A stretch of 64,000 nt of DNA, from NCBI GenBank assembly GCA_964430505.1, contig CAYSGH010000017.1, forward strand, positions 659 through 64,658, given 5' to 3'. Shown here one piece after another: positions 9,505 to 20,648 of this stretch (position 1 is its first letter; each line of letters starts with the position of its first letter). The stretch comes from an uncultured Akkermansia sp. (lineage in GTDB: Bacteria > Verrucomicrobiota > Verrucomicrobiia > Limisphaerales > UBA9464). A model generated the notes under the pieces. That model was not told the DNA's origin. It did no database searches and saw nothing but the letters and a program-made list of their open reading frames with translations. The position numbers and the translations under genes were made by a program.

Positions 9505-10443
9505 CTAGAAGGGATCCTGCCCGTTCTTGGCCGTCGAGGTTCGCGACGCCAGCCACCAGACATCGCGGTTGCCGGCGAATCGGCCGTCGTCGAGGCGGCC
9601 GTATTCCGTCGCCTTGGCATCCAGCCCGGCGCGCCCGGGCCGGGGCTTCTCCAGCCACCGGCGCAGCTCGGCATGGCCGTCGAGGAACGACAACGCCCCG
9701 GACCCGCCATGGAACGCGGCCGGGAAGTCCACCCACCCGCGAACGCTCGTCTGAGCCAGAGAGTCCGGGATCCGATGCCCGAACCCGCCGTCGTTGATGC
9801 TCGCCGGGTGCTCGTCGATGAACACGAAGATCTGCGACGGGCGCGGCGCGTCCCCGTCCTTGCCGAACACCATCCAGCGGCCGCCTCGGTTGTTCGGAAA
9901 GATGCCCTCCTGCTTGGAGTCCAACCAATAGCCCATGGTTGGCCCGCCTTCCGGCCAGCTTCCCACCGCCTGGCTCGCCGCCACGCTGCGAATGCGGCGC
10001 ACCTTGCCCACTCCTGGCCGTGCCACCGTGGTCCAATCGCCCGGGCATTGGTACACGCCAGGCGTGGTCGTGTAGGGGCCGAGAACCGCCGTCTGGCGGT
10101 TGAGGAGCGTTTGCGGGTCCCAGTTCGAGGGATTGCCCCCTGCGAAGTCCAGGTTGCCACGCACCCATCCGTCGCCCCCGTAGGTGTTCGGCATGTAGCG
10201 GCCGTTGGAGTCGCCCGCGTACAGCTCAAACGCGAGCTGGAGCTGCTTCTGGTTGGACAGGCACTTCGTCCCCTGCGCCCGTACCTTGGCCTTGCCCAGG
10301 GCGGGCAGAAGCATGCCCGCCAAGATCGCAATGATGGCAATCACCACCAGCAACTCGATCAAGGTGAAGCCCCGATCCTGTCCCTCCGCCGCATCAGTCC
10401 CAGCCGGCTGCCCGTCGTGACGGCGCTCCTTCATCGTCTTCAT
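9505..10443 (-). CDS. Prepilin-type N-terminal methylation-site protein, H-X9-DG family
   Basis: Internal ATG (comp. 10441-10443) gives [49 protein letters not shown]. The C-terminal [13 protein letters not shown] fits H-X9-DG exactly. Confidence 0.85.
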   Translation of the reverse strand: MKTMKERRHDGQPAGTDAAEGQDRGFTLIELLVVIAIIAILAGMLLPALGKAKVRAQGTKCLSNQKQLQLAFELYAGDSNGRYMPNTYGGDGWVRGNLDFAGGNPSNWDPQTLLNRQTAVLGPYTTTPGVYQCPGDWTTVARPGVGKVRRIRSVAASQAVGSWPEGGPTMGYWLDSKQEGIFPNNRGGRWMVFGKDGDAPRPSQIFVFIDEHPASINDGGFGHRIPDSLAQTSVRGWVDFPAAFHGGSGALSFLDGHAELRRWLEKPRPGRAGLDAKATEYGRLDDGRFAGNRDVWWLASRTSTAKNGQDPF

Positions 10444-10618
10444 GGAATGTCGCCCAGAACGCCTCGCAACGTCCCCAACCGTCAAGGGCCATCTCGCATC
10501 GGTTCCCCGCCTCGCGATCCCCATCGCGCAATAACGGCCTGGTCCCCCCCAGCCCGAGCGCGTTGCACGCCCGAAAAAATCCCGTTCCCGAATCCCCTCA
10601 AATCCACATCCTGAGCCC

Positions 10619-11335
10619 ATGCAGCCACCGCGTGAACCCCAACGGGCTCGGTCCGCCTTCACCCTCGTCGAGCTGCTCGTCGTCATCGCCATCATCGCGA
10701 TCCTCGCCGGGATGCTTCTGCCCGCCCTCGGCCGCGCCAAGGCTGCCGCCCTCCGCGCCCGTTGCCTCAGCAACCTGCACAATGTTGGCATCGGCATGCT
10801 GATGTATGCCGACGACACCGGTGGCTTTGTCGCCCGTGGCAATTACACCCCGTGGTTCCTTGCCTACATGCCCTACGTTCCCGAGGGAGGCAGCCGAAGG
10901 GACTTCCGCAACGTCCGCATCTTCTTCTGCCCCGCGTATCCCAACAAGAACCCCAAGCGCCGCCAGGTCATCACGTACGTCGTCAACGCTTGGCGCTTCT
11001 CCGGCCCCAACGACATGGTCGGCACCGAGCAGACCGTCCCCACCCGTCTCGACCTGTTCCAGCGCCCGGCCGACACCGCCTACCTTGCCGACAACGAGGA
11101 CGGCCCGTGGCGCCCCATCGTCACCGGCCTTGCCGACGCCGTCACCGACCTCAACGACGTCTGGAATCCCGCCCATCTTCCGCTCGCCCCGGGCACCACC
11201 CGTCCCAACCCCGAACGCCGCATTGCCCTCAGGCGACACCGTGACGGGGCCGACGTGCTCCACCTGGACGGCCATTCCGACTGGCTTCCTGCCCGGCGCA
11301 ACACCCTCGACCTTTGGCGCGACATCAAACGCTGA
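10619..11335 (+). CDS. Prepilin-type N-terminal methylation-site protein, H-X9-DG family
   Basis: 238 aa. Leader is [30 protein letters not shown]. The C-terminal [13 protein letters not shown] fits H-X9-DG. Confidence 0.85.
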   Translation: MQPPREPQRARSAFTLVELLVVIAIIAILAGMLLPALGRAKAAALRARCLSNLHNVGIGMLMYADDTGGFVARGNYTPWFLAYMPYVPEGGSRRDFRNVRIFFCPAYPNKNPKRRQVITYVVNAWRFSGPNDMVGTEQTVPTRLDLFQRPADTAYLADNEDGPWRPIVTGLADAVTDLNDVWNPAHLPLAPGTTRPNPERRIALRRHRDGADVLHLDGHSDWLPARRNTLDLWRDIKR

Positions 11336-11364
11336 CGTGTGGCCCGCCGCACGCGTTGGCCCGC

Positions 11365-12996
11365 TCACCCATAAGCCTGCGCCAGCACCAGCAGGCCCAT
11401 CAGCACCGCCAACGCCAGGCTGTGCCAAAACACCGCCCTCAACACCGTCCCGGCGTCCGGGCTCCCGGGATGGCCACCCGTCGCCACGCTCGCCACCACC
11501 AGGCTCTGCGCGTCGATCATCTTCCCCATCACGCCCCCGGAGCTGTTCGCCGCCGCCATCAGCACCGGGGACAAGCCCAGTTGCCGCGCCGTCACCTGCT
11601 GCAGGTTTCCAAACAACACGTTCGACGATGTGTCGCTCCCCGTCAGCGCCACGCCCAGCCAGCCAATCAACGGCGAGAAGAACGGGAACCACCAGCCCGT
11701 CCCCGCCATGGCCAGGCCCAGCGTCGTGTCCGTCCCGCTGTACCGCGTCACGAACCCCAGCGCCAACATCAGCCCGATCGTCAGCAACGACTCCCTCAAT
11801 CGTCCCAGCGTCCCCAGGTACAACCGGGCCATCCGAACCGGCCCCACGCCCAGCGCCGCGCCTGCCACCCATCCCGCCAGCAACAACGCCGTCCCCGTCG
11901 CCGACAACGCGTTGAATGCAAACACCGCCTTCTCTGCCTCCGGCTCCCGCACCACCGGCGGCACGCGCAGCACCATCTGGTGCAGTCCCGGCACCTTCCA
12001 CTCCGGAGCCCAGGCCCCGTTCAACCACGCCTTCACCTCAGGCAAACCCCACACGAAGACGCACGCCGTGAGCGCGACCCACGGAATCCATGCCTTCCAA
12101 CCCGGCCCCATCCCCTCGGCCGCCGTCCCGTCCGCCGCGTCTCGAGGCCCGACCGTCGTCGCCCCGTCGCCCCCCAGCCCGTCCTTCGGCCGCCACACCT
12201 TCATGAACAACACCAGCGACCCCATCGACCCCGCCGCGCCCACGATGTCCACCAGCCATGGCCCGTGGAAGTTGCTCACCACGTACTGCAACGCCGCAAA
12301 GCTCCCGCCCGCCACCAGGCACGCCGGCCACACGCCCCGCAGCCCCTTCCACCCCGACTGCACCGCCACCAGCCAAAACGGCACCAGCAATGAAAACCAC
12401 GGCAACTGGCGCCCCACCGCCCCGCTCAACGCCTGCACGTCCAGGTCCGTCACCCGCGCCAATGTCAGCAACGGCGTCCCCAATGCCCCGTACGCCACCG
12501 GGGCCGTGTTCCCGATCAACGCCAGCTTCGCCGCCTCCAGCGGCCGGAACCCCAGCCCGATCATCAACGCCCCCGTGATCGCCACCGGCGCGCCAAACCC
12601 CGCCGCGCCCTCGATGAACGCCCCAAACCCAAACGCAATCAGCAACGCCTGCACCCGCCGGTCCCCCGACACGCCCGCCACCTGCCGCTGCAACACCGAG
12701 AACTGCCCCGTCGCCACCGACAGGTCGTACACGAACATCGCGTTCAGGATGATCCAGCCGATCGGGAACAACCCAAACATCGCCCCGTTCAACGCAGACA
12801 GCCCCGCCAGCTTCGCCGGCATCCCGTACACCCACGTGGCCGTCACCCACGCCACCACAAGGCCCGCCAGCGCCGCCACGTGCGCCCGCACGTGAAACCA
12901 CGCCAGCAACCCCAGCAACGTCACCACCGGCAGCGACGCCACCAACGCCGACCACCCCAGCCCGCCCAGCGGATCGTAGTTCTGCGACCACGTCAT
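11365..12996 (-). CDS. L-lactate/glycolate permease (LctP family)
   Basis: 543 aa polytopic membrane protein. N-terminus [20 protein letters not shown] and the [22 protein letters not shown] block are characteristic of LctP/GlcA permeases. Overlaps the glcF stop by ATGA. Confidence 0.9.
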   Translation of the reverse strand: MTWSQNYDPLGGLGWSALVASLPVVTLLGLLAWFHVRAHVAALAGLVVAWVTATWVYGMPAKLAGLSALNGAMFGLFPIGWIILNAMFVYDLSVATGQFSVLQRQVAGVSGDRRVQALLIAFGFGAFIEGAAGFGAPVAITGALMIGLGFRPLEAAKLALIGNTAPVAYGALGTPLLTLARVTDLDVQALSGAVGRQLPWFSLLVPFWLVAVQSGWKGLRGVWPACLVAGGSFAALQYVVSNFHGPWLVDIVGAAGSMGSLVLFMKVWRPKDGLGGDGATTVGPRDAADGTAAEGMGPGWKAWIPWVALTACVFVWGLPEVKAWLNGAWAPEWKVPGLHQMVLRVPPVVREPEAEKAVFAFNALSATGTALLLAGWVAGAALGVGPVRMARLYLGTLGRLRESLLTIGLMLALGFVTRYSGTDTTLGLAMAGTGWWFPFFSPLIGWLGVALTGSDTSSNVLFGNLQQVTARQLGLSPVLMAAANSSGGVMGKMIDAQSLVVASVATGGHPGSPDAGTVLRAVFWHSLALAVLMGLLVLAQAYG

Positions 12997-14270
12997 CGCG
13001 CGGCCCTCCCGTCCCCGGGCGTTCGGCCCTCATAAGCGTCCCGCAACACCTGCATCGTGTGCCGAACCTCCAAGCCCGCCCCGTGCAGCCGAAGCTGCGT
13101 CAGGCACCCGATGTTGCCCGAGGCCACCACCCGCGTCCCCGTCCCGCGTATGGCCGTCGCCTTCTGTCGTCCCAACGCCGACGCAGTCGTCGGTTGTTCG
13201 ACGTTGTAGGTGCCCGCGCTTCCACAGCACAGGTGTGCGTCGGGCACCTCCACCAACTCGAGCCCCGGGATGGACCCCAGCAACGACCGCGGCTCCGTGC
13301 GCACGCCCTGCGCGTTCGCGAGATGACAAGCGTCGTGGTAGGCCACGCGCACGGGCTCCCGCCAGCCGGCCGGCCGCTCCATCAATCCCAGCCGCGCCAG
13401 GAACACGCTCACGTCCGTCGTCCGCCCCGCCAGCTCCCGGGCGCGCCCCTCGTCCGCCGTCCCCGCCAGCACCAACGGGTACTCGTGCATTGCCGACCCG
13501 CACCCCGCCGCGTTCGTCAGCACCGCGTCCACCGCGCCCCCAAACGCCTCCAGGTTGCGCCGCGCAAAGCCTCGGGCCCCCGCGAGGTCGCCCGTGTGCC
13601 ACGACAATCCCCCACAACATCCCTGGCCCCGGGGCACCCACACCTCCACGCCATTGCGTGCCAGGACGTCGATCGTTGCCACGTTGATGTCCGGGTCCAG
13701 CACCTGCTGCGCGCATCCCGCCAGCAACGCCACCCGGGCCCGCCGCGCCCCGCGCGCGGGCGTCCGCTCCGGCAGCGCCACCGCCGATGGCAATCGCCCC
13801 GGCACCAGTTCCAGCATCGGGCGCAGCGCGGAGGGCATCAGCGCCCGGAACGCCTTCCCCATGCCCGCAAGGCGCGCCGCCCACCGAAACCGACCCGGGT
13901 ACGGCAACGTCCAACGCATCAACGCCCGGCGCACGGCATCCCAGCCAGACGTCGCCACCCCCGCGCCCACCGTGGCGCGGTACGGGCTGATCAAGTCACG
14001 GTATGGCACGCCGCTCGGGCACGCGGGCTCGCAGGCGAGGCAACCCAGGCAACGATCCACGTGCGGGCGCGCTGCCTCCGCCGTCAATCGCCCCTCCATC
14101 ACCTCCTTCATCAAGACGATCCGCCCCCGCGGCGAATCCATCTCCTGCCCGAGCTCCCGGTACGTGGGGCATGCCGCCAGGCAAAACCCACAATGCACGC
14201 ACGCCTCCACCGCCCGCGCCATTGCCGGTCCCATCGCCCCGGCCTTCCCAACGTCCATCTCGTGCAACAT
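12993..14270 (-). CDS. glcF: Glycolate oxidase iron-sulfur subunit
   Basis: 425 aa. Two 4Fe-4S ferredoxin motifs ([14 protein letters not shown] and [15 protein letters not shown]), followed by duplicated CCG cysteine-rich domains ([16 protein letters not shown]). Confidence 0.85.
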   Translation of the reverse strand: MLHEMDVGKAGAMGPAMARAVEACVHCGFCLAACPTYRELGQEMDSPRGRIVLMKEVMEGRLTAEAARPHVDRCLGCLACEPACPSGVPYRDLISPYRATVGAGVATSGWDAVRRALMRWTLPYPGRFRWAARLAGMGKAFRALMPSALRPMLELVPGRLPSAVALPERTPARGARRARVALLAGCAQQVLDPDINVATIDVLARNGVEVWVPRGQGCCGGLSWHTGDLAGARGFARRNLEAFGGAVDAVLTNAAGCGSAMHEYPLVLAGTADEGRARELAGRTTDVSVFLARLGLMERPAGWREPVRVAYHDACHLANAQGVRTEPRSLLGSIPGLELVEVPDAHLCCGSAGTYNVEQPTTASALGRQKATAIRGTGTRVVASGNIGCLTQLRLHGAGLEVRHTMQVLRDAYEGRTPGDGRAAR

Positions 14271-14273
14271 GCG

Positions 14274-15404
14274 CTATCCCCCTCCCTTCACGCCCTTCCG
14301 TCCATGCCCATGGAGTCCATCCGGTCCATCGCGTCCATCACCGTCCATTTCCCCTGCGAACCTCCCCCCGGGATCCAGCGCCGCGCGCACCGCATCCTCC
14401 ACCGCCATCACGCGCCGCGCACCCAGCCACCGGTGGCCGTCCCCTCTGAGCAACACGCCCTCCACGCCCTCCGTGCGCATCCATGCCTCCAGCCGGTCCC
14501 GCTCGCCGTCATTCCCCAGCGCCACCCACGCCACGCTGGCGCAACCCAGCAGGTGAAGCGACCGCGCGTGGCTGGCCAGCCCCACCGCCTGCGAAGGCGT
14601 CAACGGCACGCGCGCCACGGCGTGCCCGGAGGGCACCCAATCCCACTCCCGCAACCCGTGCCAGCGCGCCTCCGCCTCGTCGTGCCCGAGCGCCTCCCCT
14701 GGCCATCGCGCCAACGCCTCGGCCGCCATGGGATCCAAGGCCTCCATCGGCCCTGCCAGCCGCGCGATCACGTCCGCGCCGCCGGGCCACACGTCCAATG
14801 CCTCGAAGTCGAACCGCGACCGCGCCGCCTCGCACAGGACCCTCGCCGCGTCCGCCATCCCCGCCGCCCGAAGCCGCAGCGTCCGGCGCGCCTGGGGCCT
14901 TGGGAACACCTTGAACGTCACCTCCGCCAACGCGCCGTACCGGCCATGGCTGCCCACCATGAACTTCGGCACGTCAAACCCCGCCGCGTTCTTCACCACC
15001 TTGCCGCCCATGCGCAGCACCCGGCCCAGGCCATCCACCATCCGAACCCCCAGGATGAAGTCCCGGACGCCTCCAAAGCGAAGCCGTCCCGGGCCCGAAA
15101 TTCCCGACGCCACCAACCCGCCCAGCGTCGATCCCGACGCCACCAACATGGGATCGAACGGCAGGTGTTGCCCGCGCTCCGCCAGCATCGCCACCACCTC
15201 GGCGACCGGCGTGCCCGCCCGCGCCGTGAACGTGAACTCGGCAGGGTCGTACTCCACCACGCCACGCAAGCCCGTCGTCGAGATCCGCACGCCGCCCGTG
15301 CCGATCAACGCCGGCTTCGTGCATCCCCCTTCCAGCGAAACGCGGTCGTGCGACCGCACGGCCTCCGCCAGTTCCGCCGTCGTCGTTGGGCGCTCCACGT
15401 TCAT
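14274..15404 (-). CDS. glcE: Glycolate oxidase FAD-binding subunit
   Basis: The track ORF is over-extended. ATG at comp. 15402-15404 gives [35 protein letters not shown]... with an FAD-binding PCMH-type fold ([13 protein letters not shown]). Overlaps the glcD stop by 4 nt. Confidence 0.8.
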   Translation of the reverse strand: MNVERPTTTAELAEAVRSHDRVSLEGGCTKPALIGTGGVRISTTGLRGVVEYDPAEFTFTARAGTPVAEVVAMLAERGQHLPFDPMLVASGSTLGGLVASGISGPGRLRFGGVRDFILGVRMVDGLGRVLRMGGKVVKNAAGFDVPKFMVGSHGRYGALAEVTFKVFPRPQARRTLRLRAAGMADAARVLCEAARSRFDFEALDVWPGGADVIARLAGPMEALDPMAAEALARWPGEALGHDEAEARWHGLREWDWVPSGHAVARVPLTPSQAVGLASHARSLHLLGCASVAWVALGNDGERDRLEAWMRTEGVEGVLLRGDGHRWLGARRVMAVEDAVRAALDPGGRFAGEMDGDGRDGPDGLHGHGRKGVKGGG

Positions 15405-16846
15405 TCGCGCGAGATCACCCCGGCCCGTTCCAGCGGGTGCAGCCCGGCTTGTCGCAACGACGGGGCCTCGCCCGTCGCCAGCATCTTGCCCGGGTTCGCG
15501 ATCCCCAGCGGGTCGAAGGCCGCCCGCAGCCGCCGCATCGCGTCCATCTCGTCCGGCCCGAACATCTCCGGCAGGTACTCCCGCTTCTCCACGCCGACGC
15601 CATGCTCGCCCGTGATGGAGCCGCCCATCTCGATGCACATGCGCAGGATCGTCCCGGCCAACGCCTCCGCGCGCTGCAGCGCCCCCGGCTCGCGCCCGTT
15701 GAACAGGATCAACGGATGGAGGTTCCCGTCCCCCGCATGGAACACGTTGGCGACCCGCAGGCCTGCCTCGCGCGACATCCCCTGGATCCGGCGCAACGCC
15801 TCGCCGAGGCGCTGCCGCGGCACCACGCCGTCCTGCACGATGAAGTCCGGCGACAACCGCCCCACCGCGCTGAACGCGCTCTTGCGACCCTTCCAGATCG
15901 CCAGGCGCTCCGCGGCATCCCGCGCCACGCGAACCTCCAACGGGCCGCTCGACGCCAGCAATGGCTCCAGCCGACGTCGCTCCGCCTCTACCACCTCCCT
16001 TGGCCCCTCCAGCTCCACGATCAACACCGCCTCGCACCCCGCCGGGTATTCCGCGTGCACCGCCGCCGACGCCGCCTCCAGCGCCAGCGCGTCCATGATC
16101 TCCAGCGCTCCCGGCAACAATCCCGCCCCGATGACCGCGGCCACCGCGTCGCCCGCCTGCTCCAGCGTCCGGTAGCCCGCCAGCACCGTGTGGAACCGCT
16201 CGGCCTTGGGCACCAACTGCAACGTGACTTCCAGCGCGATCCCGAAGAGCCCCTCGTTCCCCGTGAACAACCCGCACCAATCCGGCCCCGCGAACTCCCG
16301 GCCGCTCCCGCCCAGCGTCACCCGCTCGCCCGTGGCCAGCACCGCCTGGATCCCCAGCACATGGTTCGACGTCATCCCATGGCGCAGGCAATGCGCGCCG
16401 CCGGAGTTGAACGCCACGTTGCCGCCGATCGTGCAGATCGTCTGGCTCGAAGGGTCCGGCGCGTAGTGCAGCCCATGCGGGGCCGCAGCCGCTGTCACCT
16501 GCGTGTTCACGACGCCGGGCTCCACCAACGCCCAGCGCTCCTCCGCGTTCACCCGCACGATCCGGTTCAGGCGGTTCAACGCGATCACGATCCCGCCCGG
16601 CACCGGCAACGACCCGCCCGAGAGGCTCGTCCCGCTCCCGCGCGCCACGAATGGCAGCCGCAGCTCATGGCAGAGCCGCACCAATGCCACCACCTCGTCC
16701 TGCGTCTCCGGGATGGCCACCGCCAACGGTCGCTCGCGGAAGGCCGTCAAGCCGTCGCTCTCATACGCCGCCAACTGGACCGGCTCGCGCAGCAGTCGCG
16801 GGCCCGGCATCAACGCCGACAATCGCCTCAGCGCCACGCCGTCCAT
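15401..16846 (-). CDS. glcD: Glycolate oxidase subunit GlcD (FAD-linked oxidase)
   Basis: 481 aa. Contains [23 protein letters not shown] and the C-terminal [18 protein letters not shown], typical of GlcD / D-lactate dehydrogenase-type FAD oxidases. Confidence 0.9.
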   Translation of the reverse strand: MDGVALRRLSALMPGPRLLREPVQLAAYESDGLTAFRERPLAVAIPETQDEVVALVRLCHELRLPFVARGSGTSLSGGSLPVPGGIVIALNRLNRIVRVNAEERWALVEPGVVNTQVTAAAAPHGLHYAPDPSSQTICTIGGNVAFNSGGAHCLRHGMTSNHVLGIQAVLATGERVTLGGSGREFAGPDWCGLFTGNEGLFGIALEVTLQLVPKAERFHTVLAGYRTLEQAGDAVAAVIGAGLLPGALEIMDALALEAASAAVHAEYPAGCEAVLIVELEGPREVVEAERRRLEPLLASSGPLEVRVARDAAERLAIWKGRKSAFSAVGRLSPDFIVQDGVVPRQRLGEALRRIQGMSREAGLRVANVFHAGDGNLHPLILFNGREPGALQRAEALAGTILRMCIEMGGSITGEHGVGVEKREYLPEMFGPDEMDAMRRLRAAFDPLGIANPGKMLATGEAPSLRQAGLHPLERAGVISRE

Positions 16847-16855
16847 GGGGCATCC

Positions 16856-17980
16856 TCAACGGTCCAGCACCGACCCCAGCGCGGCCAGCACCAGGTCCAC
16901 GTTGCGCACCGTCGCGCCGTGCCCCATCAAGCCAATGCGCCAGGCCTTGCCGGCCATCACCCCAAGGCCCGCCCCGATTTCGATCCCGTACTCCTCCAGC
17001 AACCGCCGCCGCGTGCCCGCGTCGTCCGCGCCCTCCGGGATCCCGATGCAGTTCAACGTGTGCAAGGAGCGGCTCGGGATGTAGCGCAGGTCCATCCGTT
17101 CCAGACCAGCCTTCAGGCGTTGGTGGACGGCGGCATGTCGTGCAATCCGCGCTTCGAGACCCTCCTCCAGCACGATGGCCAGCGCCTCGCGCAGGGCGTA
17201 GGTCATGTTGATGGGCGCCGTGTGGTGGTACACCCGCGCGCCGCCGCCGGAGCCGCCGCCGGACAGGTAGTATTTCCGCAGCATCGTCACGTCGAGGTAC
17301 CACGACTGGGGCTTGCTCTTGCGCGCGTCCAGGCGCGCCAACGCGCGTTCGCCGAAGCTCACCGGCGACAGGCCCGGCGGGCAGCTCAGGCACTTCTGCG
17401 TCCCGCTGTAGATCGCGTCGATGCCCCATTTGTCCACCTTGACCTCATGCCCGCCGAGGCTGGTCACCGCGTCCACCACCAGCATCGCCCCATGGCCATG
17501 GACGATCTCCGAGAGGCCCTCGATGGGCTGGTGCGCACCCGTGCTCGTCTCCGCCTGGACGATCCCCACCAGCTTCACGCCGGGGTTGCGGTCCAGCGCC
17601 TCCGCGATCTTCTCGTGCGGGATCGTCTCGCCCCACGGGGCCTCCACCACGTGCACCGTCGCGCCGCAGCGCTCCATCACGTCCTTCATCCGCCCTCCGA
17701 AGACACCGTTCACGCACACGATCACGGCGTCGCCCGGCTCCACGAGGTTCGACGCGATGCACTCCATGCCCGCCATGCCCGTGCCGCTCACGGGGAACGT
17801 CAGCGCGTTTTGCGTCTGCATCACCTGGCGCAGCATCTCGCACGTCTCGTCCATGATCGCGAGGTACTGCGGGTCCAGGTGCCCCAGGGTCGGGGCCGAC
17901 AACGCCCGGAGGACTCGGTGCGGCACCGGGCTCGGACCGGGCCCCATCAGGATGCGTTCGTGCGGAAACTGCGTGTTCAT
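16856..17980 (-). CDS. Alanine/serine--glyoxylate (pyruvate) aminotransferase, class V
   Basis: ATG at comp. 17978-17980 gives MNTQFPHERILMGPGPSPVPHRVLRALSAPTLGHLDP (the AGT family N-terminus). PLP-lysine region is SGTQKCLSCPPGLSPVSF. A 9-nt spacer separates it from glcD. Confidence 0.85.
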   Translation of the reverse strand: MNTQFPHERILMGPGPSPVPHRVLRALSAPTLGHLDPQYLAIMDETCEMLRQVMQTQNALTFPVSGTGMAGMECIASNLVEPGDAVIVCVNGVFGGRMKDVMERCGATVHVVEAPWGETIPHEKIAEALDRNPGVKLVGIVQAETSTGAHQPIEGLSEIVHGHGAMLVVDAVTSLGGHEVKVDKWGIDAIYSGTQKCLSCPPGLSPVSFGERALARLDARKSKPQSWYLDVTMLRKYYLSGGGSGGGARVYHHTAPINMTYALREALAIVLEEGLEARIARHAAVHQRLKAGLERMDLRYIPSRSLHTLNCIGIPEGADDAGTRRRLLEEYGIEIGAGLGVMAGKAWRIGLMGHGATVRNVDLVLAALGSVLDR

Positions 17981-18168
17981 GCGGTGGACAAGAAGAATGC
18001 TCGTGAACGAAGGAAATGTGCTGGCCACGAATTAACCCGTTCCGTGGGAGCCAAGTCCAGCGCGGCCGTTCGCCGCGACTCGCGGCGCGGGGCCTGAATC
18101 TGCGGTTGGCGGGCCGACCCGGCTTCCATAGGGTCCGCGCGGTTCACATTCCACAACGCATCACGTCT

Positions 18169-19326
18169 ATGGCCAAGAAACAGATTCGCATCGGTCTCAT
18201 CGGCTACGGCTTCATGGGCCGTGCCCATTCCAACGCCTTCGCCAAGGTGGGTCACTTCTTCGACTCCGGTCACGAGGTCGTCCTGCAGGCGGTCTGCGCC
18301 CGGGACGCCGCCAAGGCCCAGGCCTTCGCGGACCGGTGGGGGTACCGCTCCGTGGAGACCGACTGGAAGAAGCTCATCGCACGCGACGACATCGACCTCA
18401 TCGACATCGCCGTCCCCAACAACCTCCACGCCGAGATCGCCATGGCCGCCGCGAAGGCCGGCAAGATGATCCTGTGCGAGAAGCCCCTCGCGATGAACCC
18501 GAAGGAGGCGGAGAAGATGGTTGCGGCGGTCAAGAAGGCCGGCGTCCCCAACATGGTGTGGTACAACTACCGCCGTTGCCCCGCCGTCGTCCTGGCCAAG
18601 CAGCTCATCGACGAGGGCCGTCTCGGGCGCATCTTCCATTACCGTGCGAACTTCCTGCAGGACTGGACCATCTCCCCGGACCTCCCGCAGGGCGGCGCCG
18701 CCCTGTGGCGCCTCGACGCCAAGGCGGCCGGATCCGGCGTCACCGGCGACCTCCTCGCCCATTGCATCGATACCGCCCTCTGGCTCAACGGCGGCATCGC
18801 CGACGTCAACGCGATGACCGAGACGTTCATCAAGGAGCGGAAGCACAACCTGACGGGCAAGGTCGAGAAGGTCTCCATCGACGACGCCTGCGCCTTCCTC
18901 TGCCATTTCAGCAACGGTTCCCTCGGGCTCTTCGAGTCCACCCGCTACGCCCGCGGCCACAAGGCCCTCTACACGCTCGAAATCAACGGCGAGCACGCCT
19001 CCATCAAGTGGGACCTGCATGACCTCCACCGCCTCCAGTGGTTTGACCACAAGGACCAGAGCAACCTCCGCGCCTGGCGTTCCATCCACGTCTCCGACGG
19101 CGACCATCCCTACCTCAAGAACTGGTGGGTCCCCGGCCTCCAGATTGGCTACGAGCACTCCTTTGTTCACCAGGTCGCCGACTTCCTCCAAGGCCTCGAC
19201 TCCGGCAAGCCCGCGCGCCCCGACTTCGCCGATGGCCTCGCCACGGACTACGTCGTCGATGCCGTCCTCAACTCGGCCAGGTCCCACAAGTGGACCAAGG
19301 TCAAGCAGGTCAAGGCCTCCAAGTAG
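18169..19326 (+). CDS. Gfo/Idh/MocA-family oxidoreductase (cytoplasmic)
   Basis: ATG at 18169 gives [24 protein letters not shown] (Rossmann GxGxxG). Also has EKPLAMN and a C-terminal Gfo/Idh/MocA alpha/beta domain. Confidence 0.85.
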   Translation: MAKKQIRIGLIGYGFMGRAHSNAFAKVGHFFDSGHEVVLQAVCARDAAKAQAFADRWGYRSVETDWKKLIARDDIDLIDIAVPNNLHAEIAMAAAKAGKMILCEKPLAMNPKEAEKMVAAVKKAGVPNMVWYNYRRCPAVVLAKQLIDEGRLGRIFHYRANFLQDWTISPDLPQGGAALWRLDAKAAGSGVTGDLLAHCIDTALWLNGGIADVNAMTETFIKERKHNLTGKVEKVSIDDACAFLCHFSNGSLGLFESTRYARGHKALYTLEINGEHASIKWDLHDLHRLQWFDHKDQSNLRAWRSIHVSDGDHPYLKNWWVPGLQIGYEHSFVHQVADFLQGLDSGKPARPDFADGLATDYVVDAVLNSARSHKWTKVKQVKASK

Positions 19327-19419
19327 CATCGGCGGGTGGGCCAAGCAGCGGGCCCGCCGGGAGCGCGCTCGTGTCTGGGAGTCCGGCATTCTTGCCGCCC
19401 GGCGCGACGTGTCGGGCCA

Positions 19420-19442
19420 CGCGGCGGGACGTTCCCGCCGCG
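19420..19442 (+). terminator. Strong GC hairpin downstream of 18169..19326 (possible terminator, no U-tract)
   Basis: CGCGGCGGGA-cgt-TCCCGCCGCG is a perfect 10-bp stem with a 3-nt loop. It lies in the 284-nt spacer before moxR. Confidence 0.35.
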
Positions 19443-19610
19443 TTGGCCGTCCGTCGCCTGCGCGCGGCCGGACGGTTCGCCCGTCACGAATGAGCACGCC
19501 GGCACCCCGCTGATGTGGCACCCTGCATGCGGATCCTTGCGGGGCGTGCGGTCCGGTTCCCGGGGAGAAGTGCGTTGCGGCGTGGGCCGGTGTGCGGCAT
19601 ACAGGCGCGG

Positions 19611-20600
19611 ATGAGTTCAGCAAGCGTGGCAGCGAACGCGGCGGTCCAGGAGGCGTCGGCCTTCCTGACGCCCTTGTTTTCGGAGATCAACCAGTGCGTG
19701 GTGGGGCAGCGTTACCTGCTGGAGCGCCTGGTGATTGGGTTGCTGGCGAACGGGCATGTCCTCCTGGAGGGCGTCCCGGGGCTGGCCAAGACGTTGTCGG
19801 TGAAGACGCTGGCCACGGCGCTGCATGTGCGCTTCTCGCGCATCCAGTTCACGCCGGACATGCTGCCGGCCGACGTGGTGGGGACGCAGGTGTACAATCC
19901 CCAGTCGGGCGCGTTCACGATCCGGCGAGGCCCGGTGTTCGCAAACCTGGTGTTGGCGGACGAGATCAACCGCGCGCCGGCCAAGGTGCAGTCGGCGTTG
20001 CTGGAGGCGATGCAGGAGCGGCAGGTGACGATCGGGGAGCAGACGTTCCTGCTGGAGGAGCCCTTCCTGGTGCTGGCGACGCAGAACCCGGTGGAGCAGG
20101 AGGGGACCTACGTGTTGCCGGAGGCCCAGGTGGACCGCTTCATGCTGAAGCTGAAGGTCGGCTACCCGAGCCGTTCCGAGGAACGGCAGATCATGGACCT
20201 GATGGCGCGCACGGGCGGGCAGCCGTCCGCCAGCCCCGTGGTCTCTTCGGACGACATCCTTCGGGCGCGCCGGGTGTTGAACGACATCTACATGGACGAC
20301 TCGGTGCGCAACTACATCGTGGACCTGGTCTGCGCCACGCGCGAGCCGAAGACCTATCGGTTGAAGCTGGACGGGATGATCCAGATGGGCGCGTCGCCCC
20401 GGGCGACGATCGCGCTGGCGTTGGCGTCGCGCGCCCATGCGTTCCTGAGGGGGCGCGGGTACGTGACGCCGCAGGACGTGAAGAGCATTGCCATGGATGT
20501 CCTGAGGCATCGCGTGACGGTCACGTACGAGGCGGAGGCGGAGGACAAGACCTCGGAGGTCATCGTGCAGCGGATCCTGGACGAGCTGCCGGTGCCGTGA
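19611..20600 (+). CDS. MoxR-family AAA+ ATPase
   Basis: ATG at 19611. Walker A region is LLEGVPGLAKT, Walker B is LADEINRAPAKVQSALLEAMQE, and then ATQNPVEQEGTY. Confidence 0.92.
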   Translation: MSSASVAANAAVQEASAFLTPLFSEINQCVVGQRYLLERLVIGLLANGHVLLEGVPGLAKTLSVKTLATALHVRFSRIQFTPDMLPADVVGTQVYNPQSGAFTIRRGPVFANLVLADEINRAPAKVQSALLEAMQERQVTIGEQTFLLEEPFLVLATQNPVEQEGTYVLPEAQVDRFMLKLKVGYPSRSEERQIMDLMARTGGQPSASPVVSSDDILRARRVLNDIYMDDSVRNYIVDLVCATREPKTYRLKLDGMIQMGASPRATIALALASRAHAFLRGRGYVTPQDVKSIAMDVLRHRVTVTYEAEAEDKTSEVIVQRILDELPVP

Positions 20601-20648
20601 TCGGGCTGCGGCAGGAACGACGTGCATGAGGCCCACGCAAGGCATCGC

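Noticed and set aside
10284-10742. 85-nt imperfect inverted repeat (10284-10368 vs 10658-10742) with a 17-nt perfect core ATGCTTCTGCCCGCCCT. It flanks the divergent promoter region and was considered as an invertible switch.
   Set aside because: The arms are simply the coding sequence of the shared prepilin leader in two head-to-head paralogs. By hand alignment 68/85 positions match, and most mismatches fall at third codon positions. That points to selection on the peptide, not on a DNA site. No recombinase gene is nearby.
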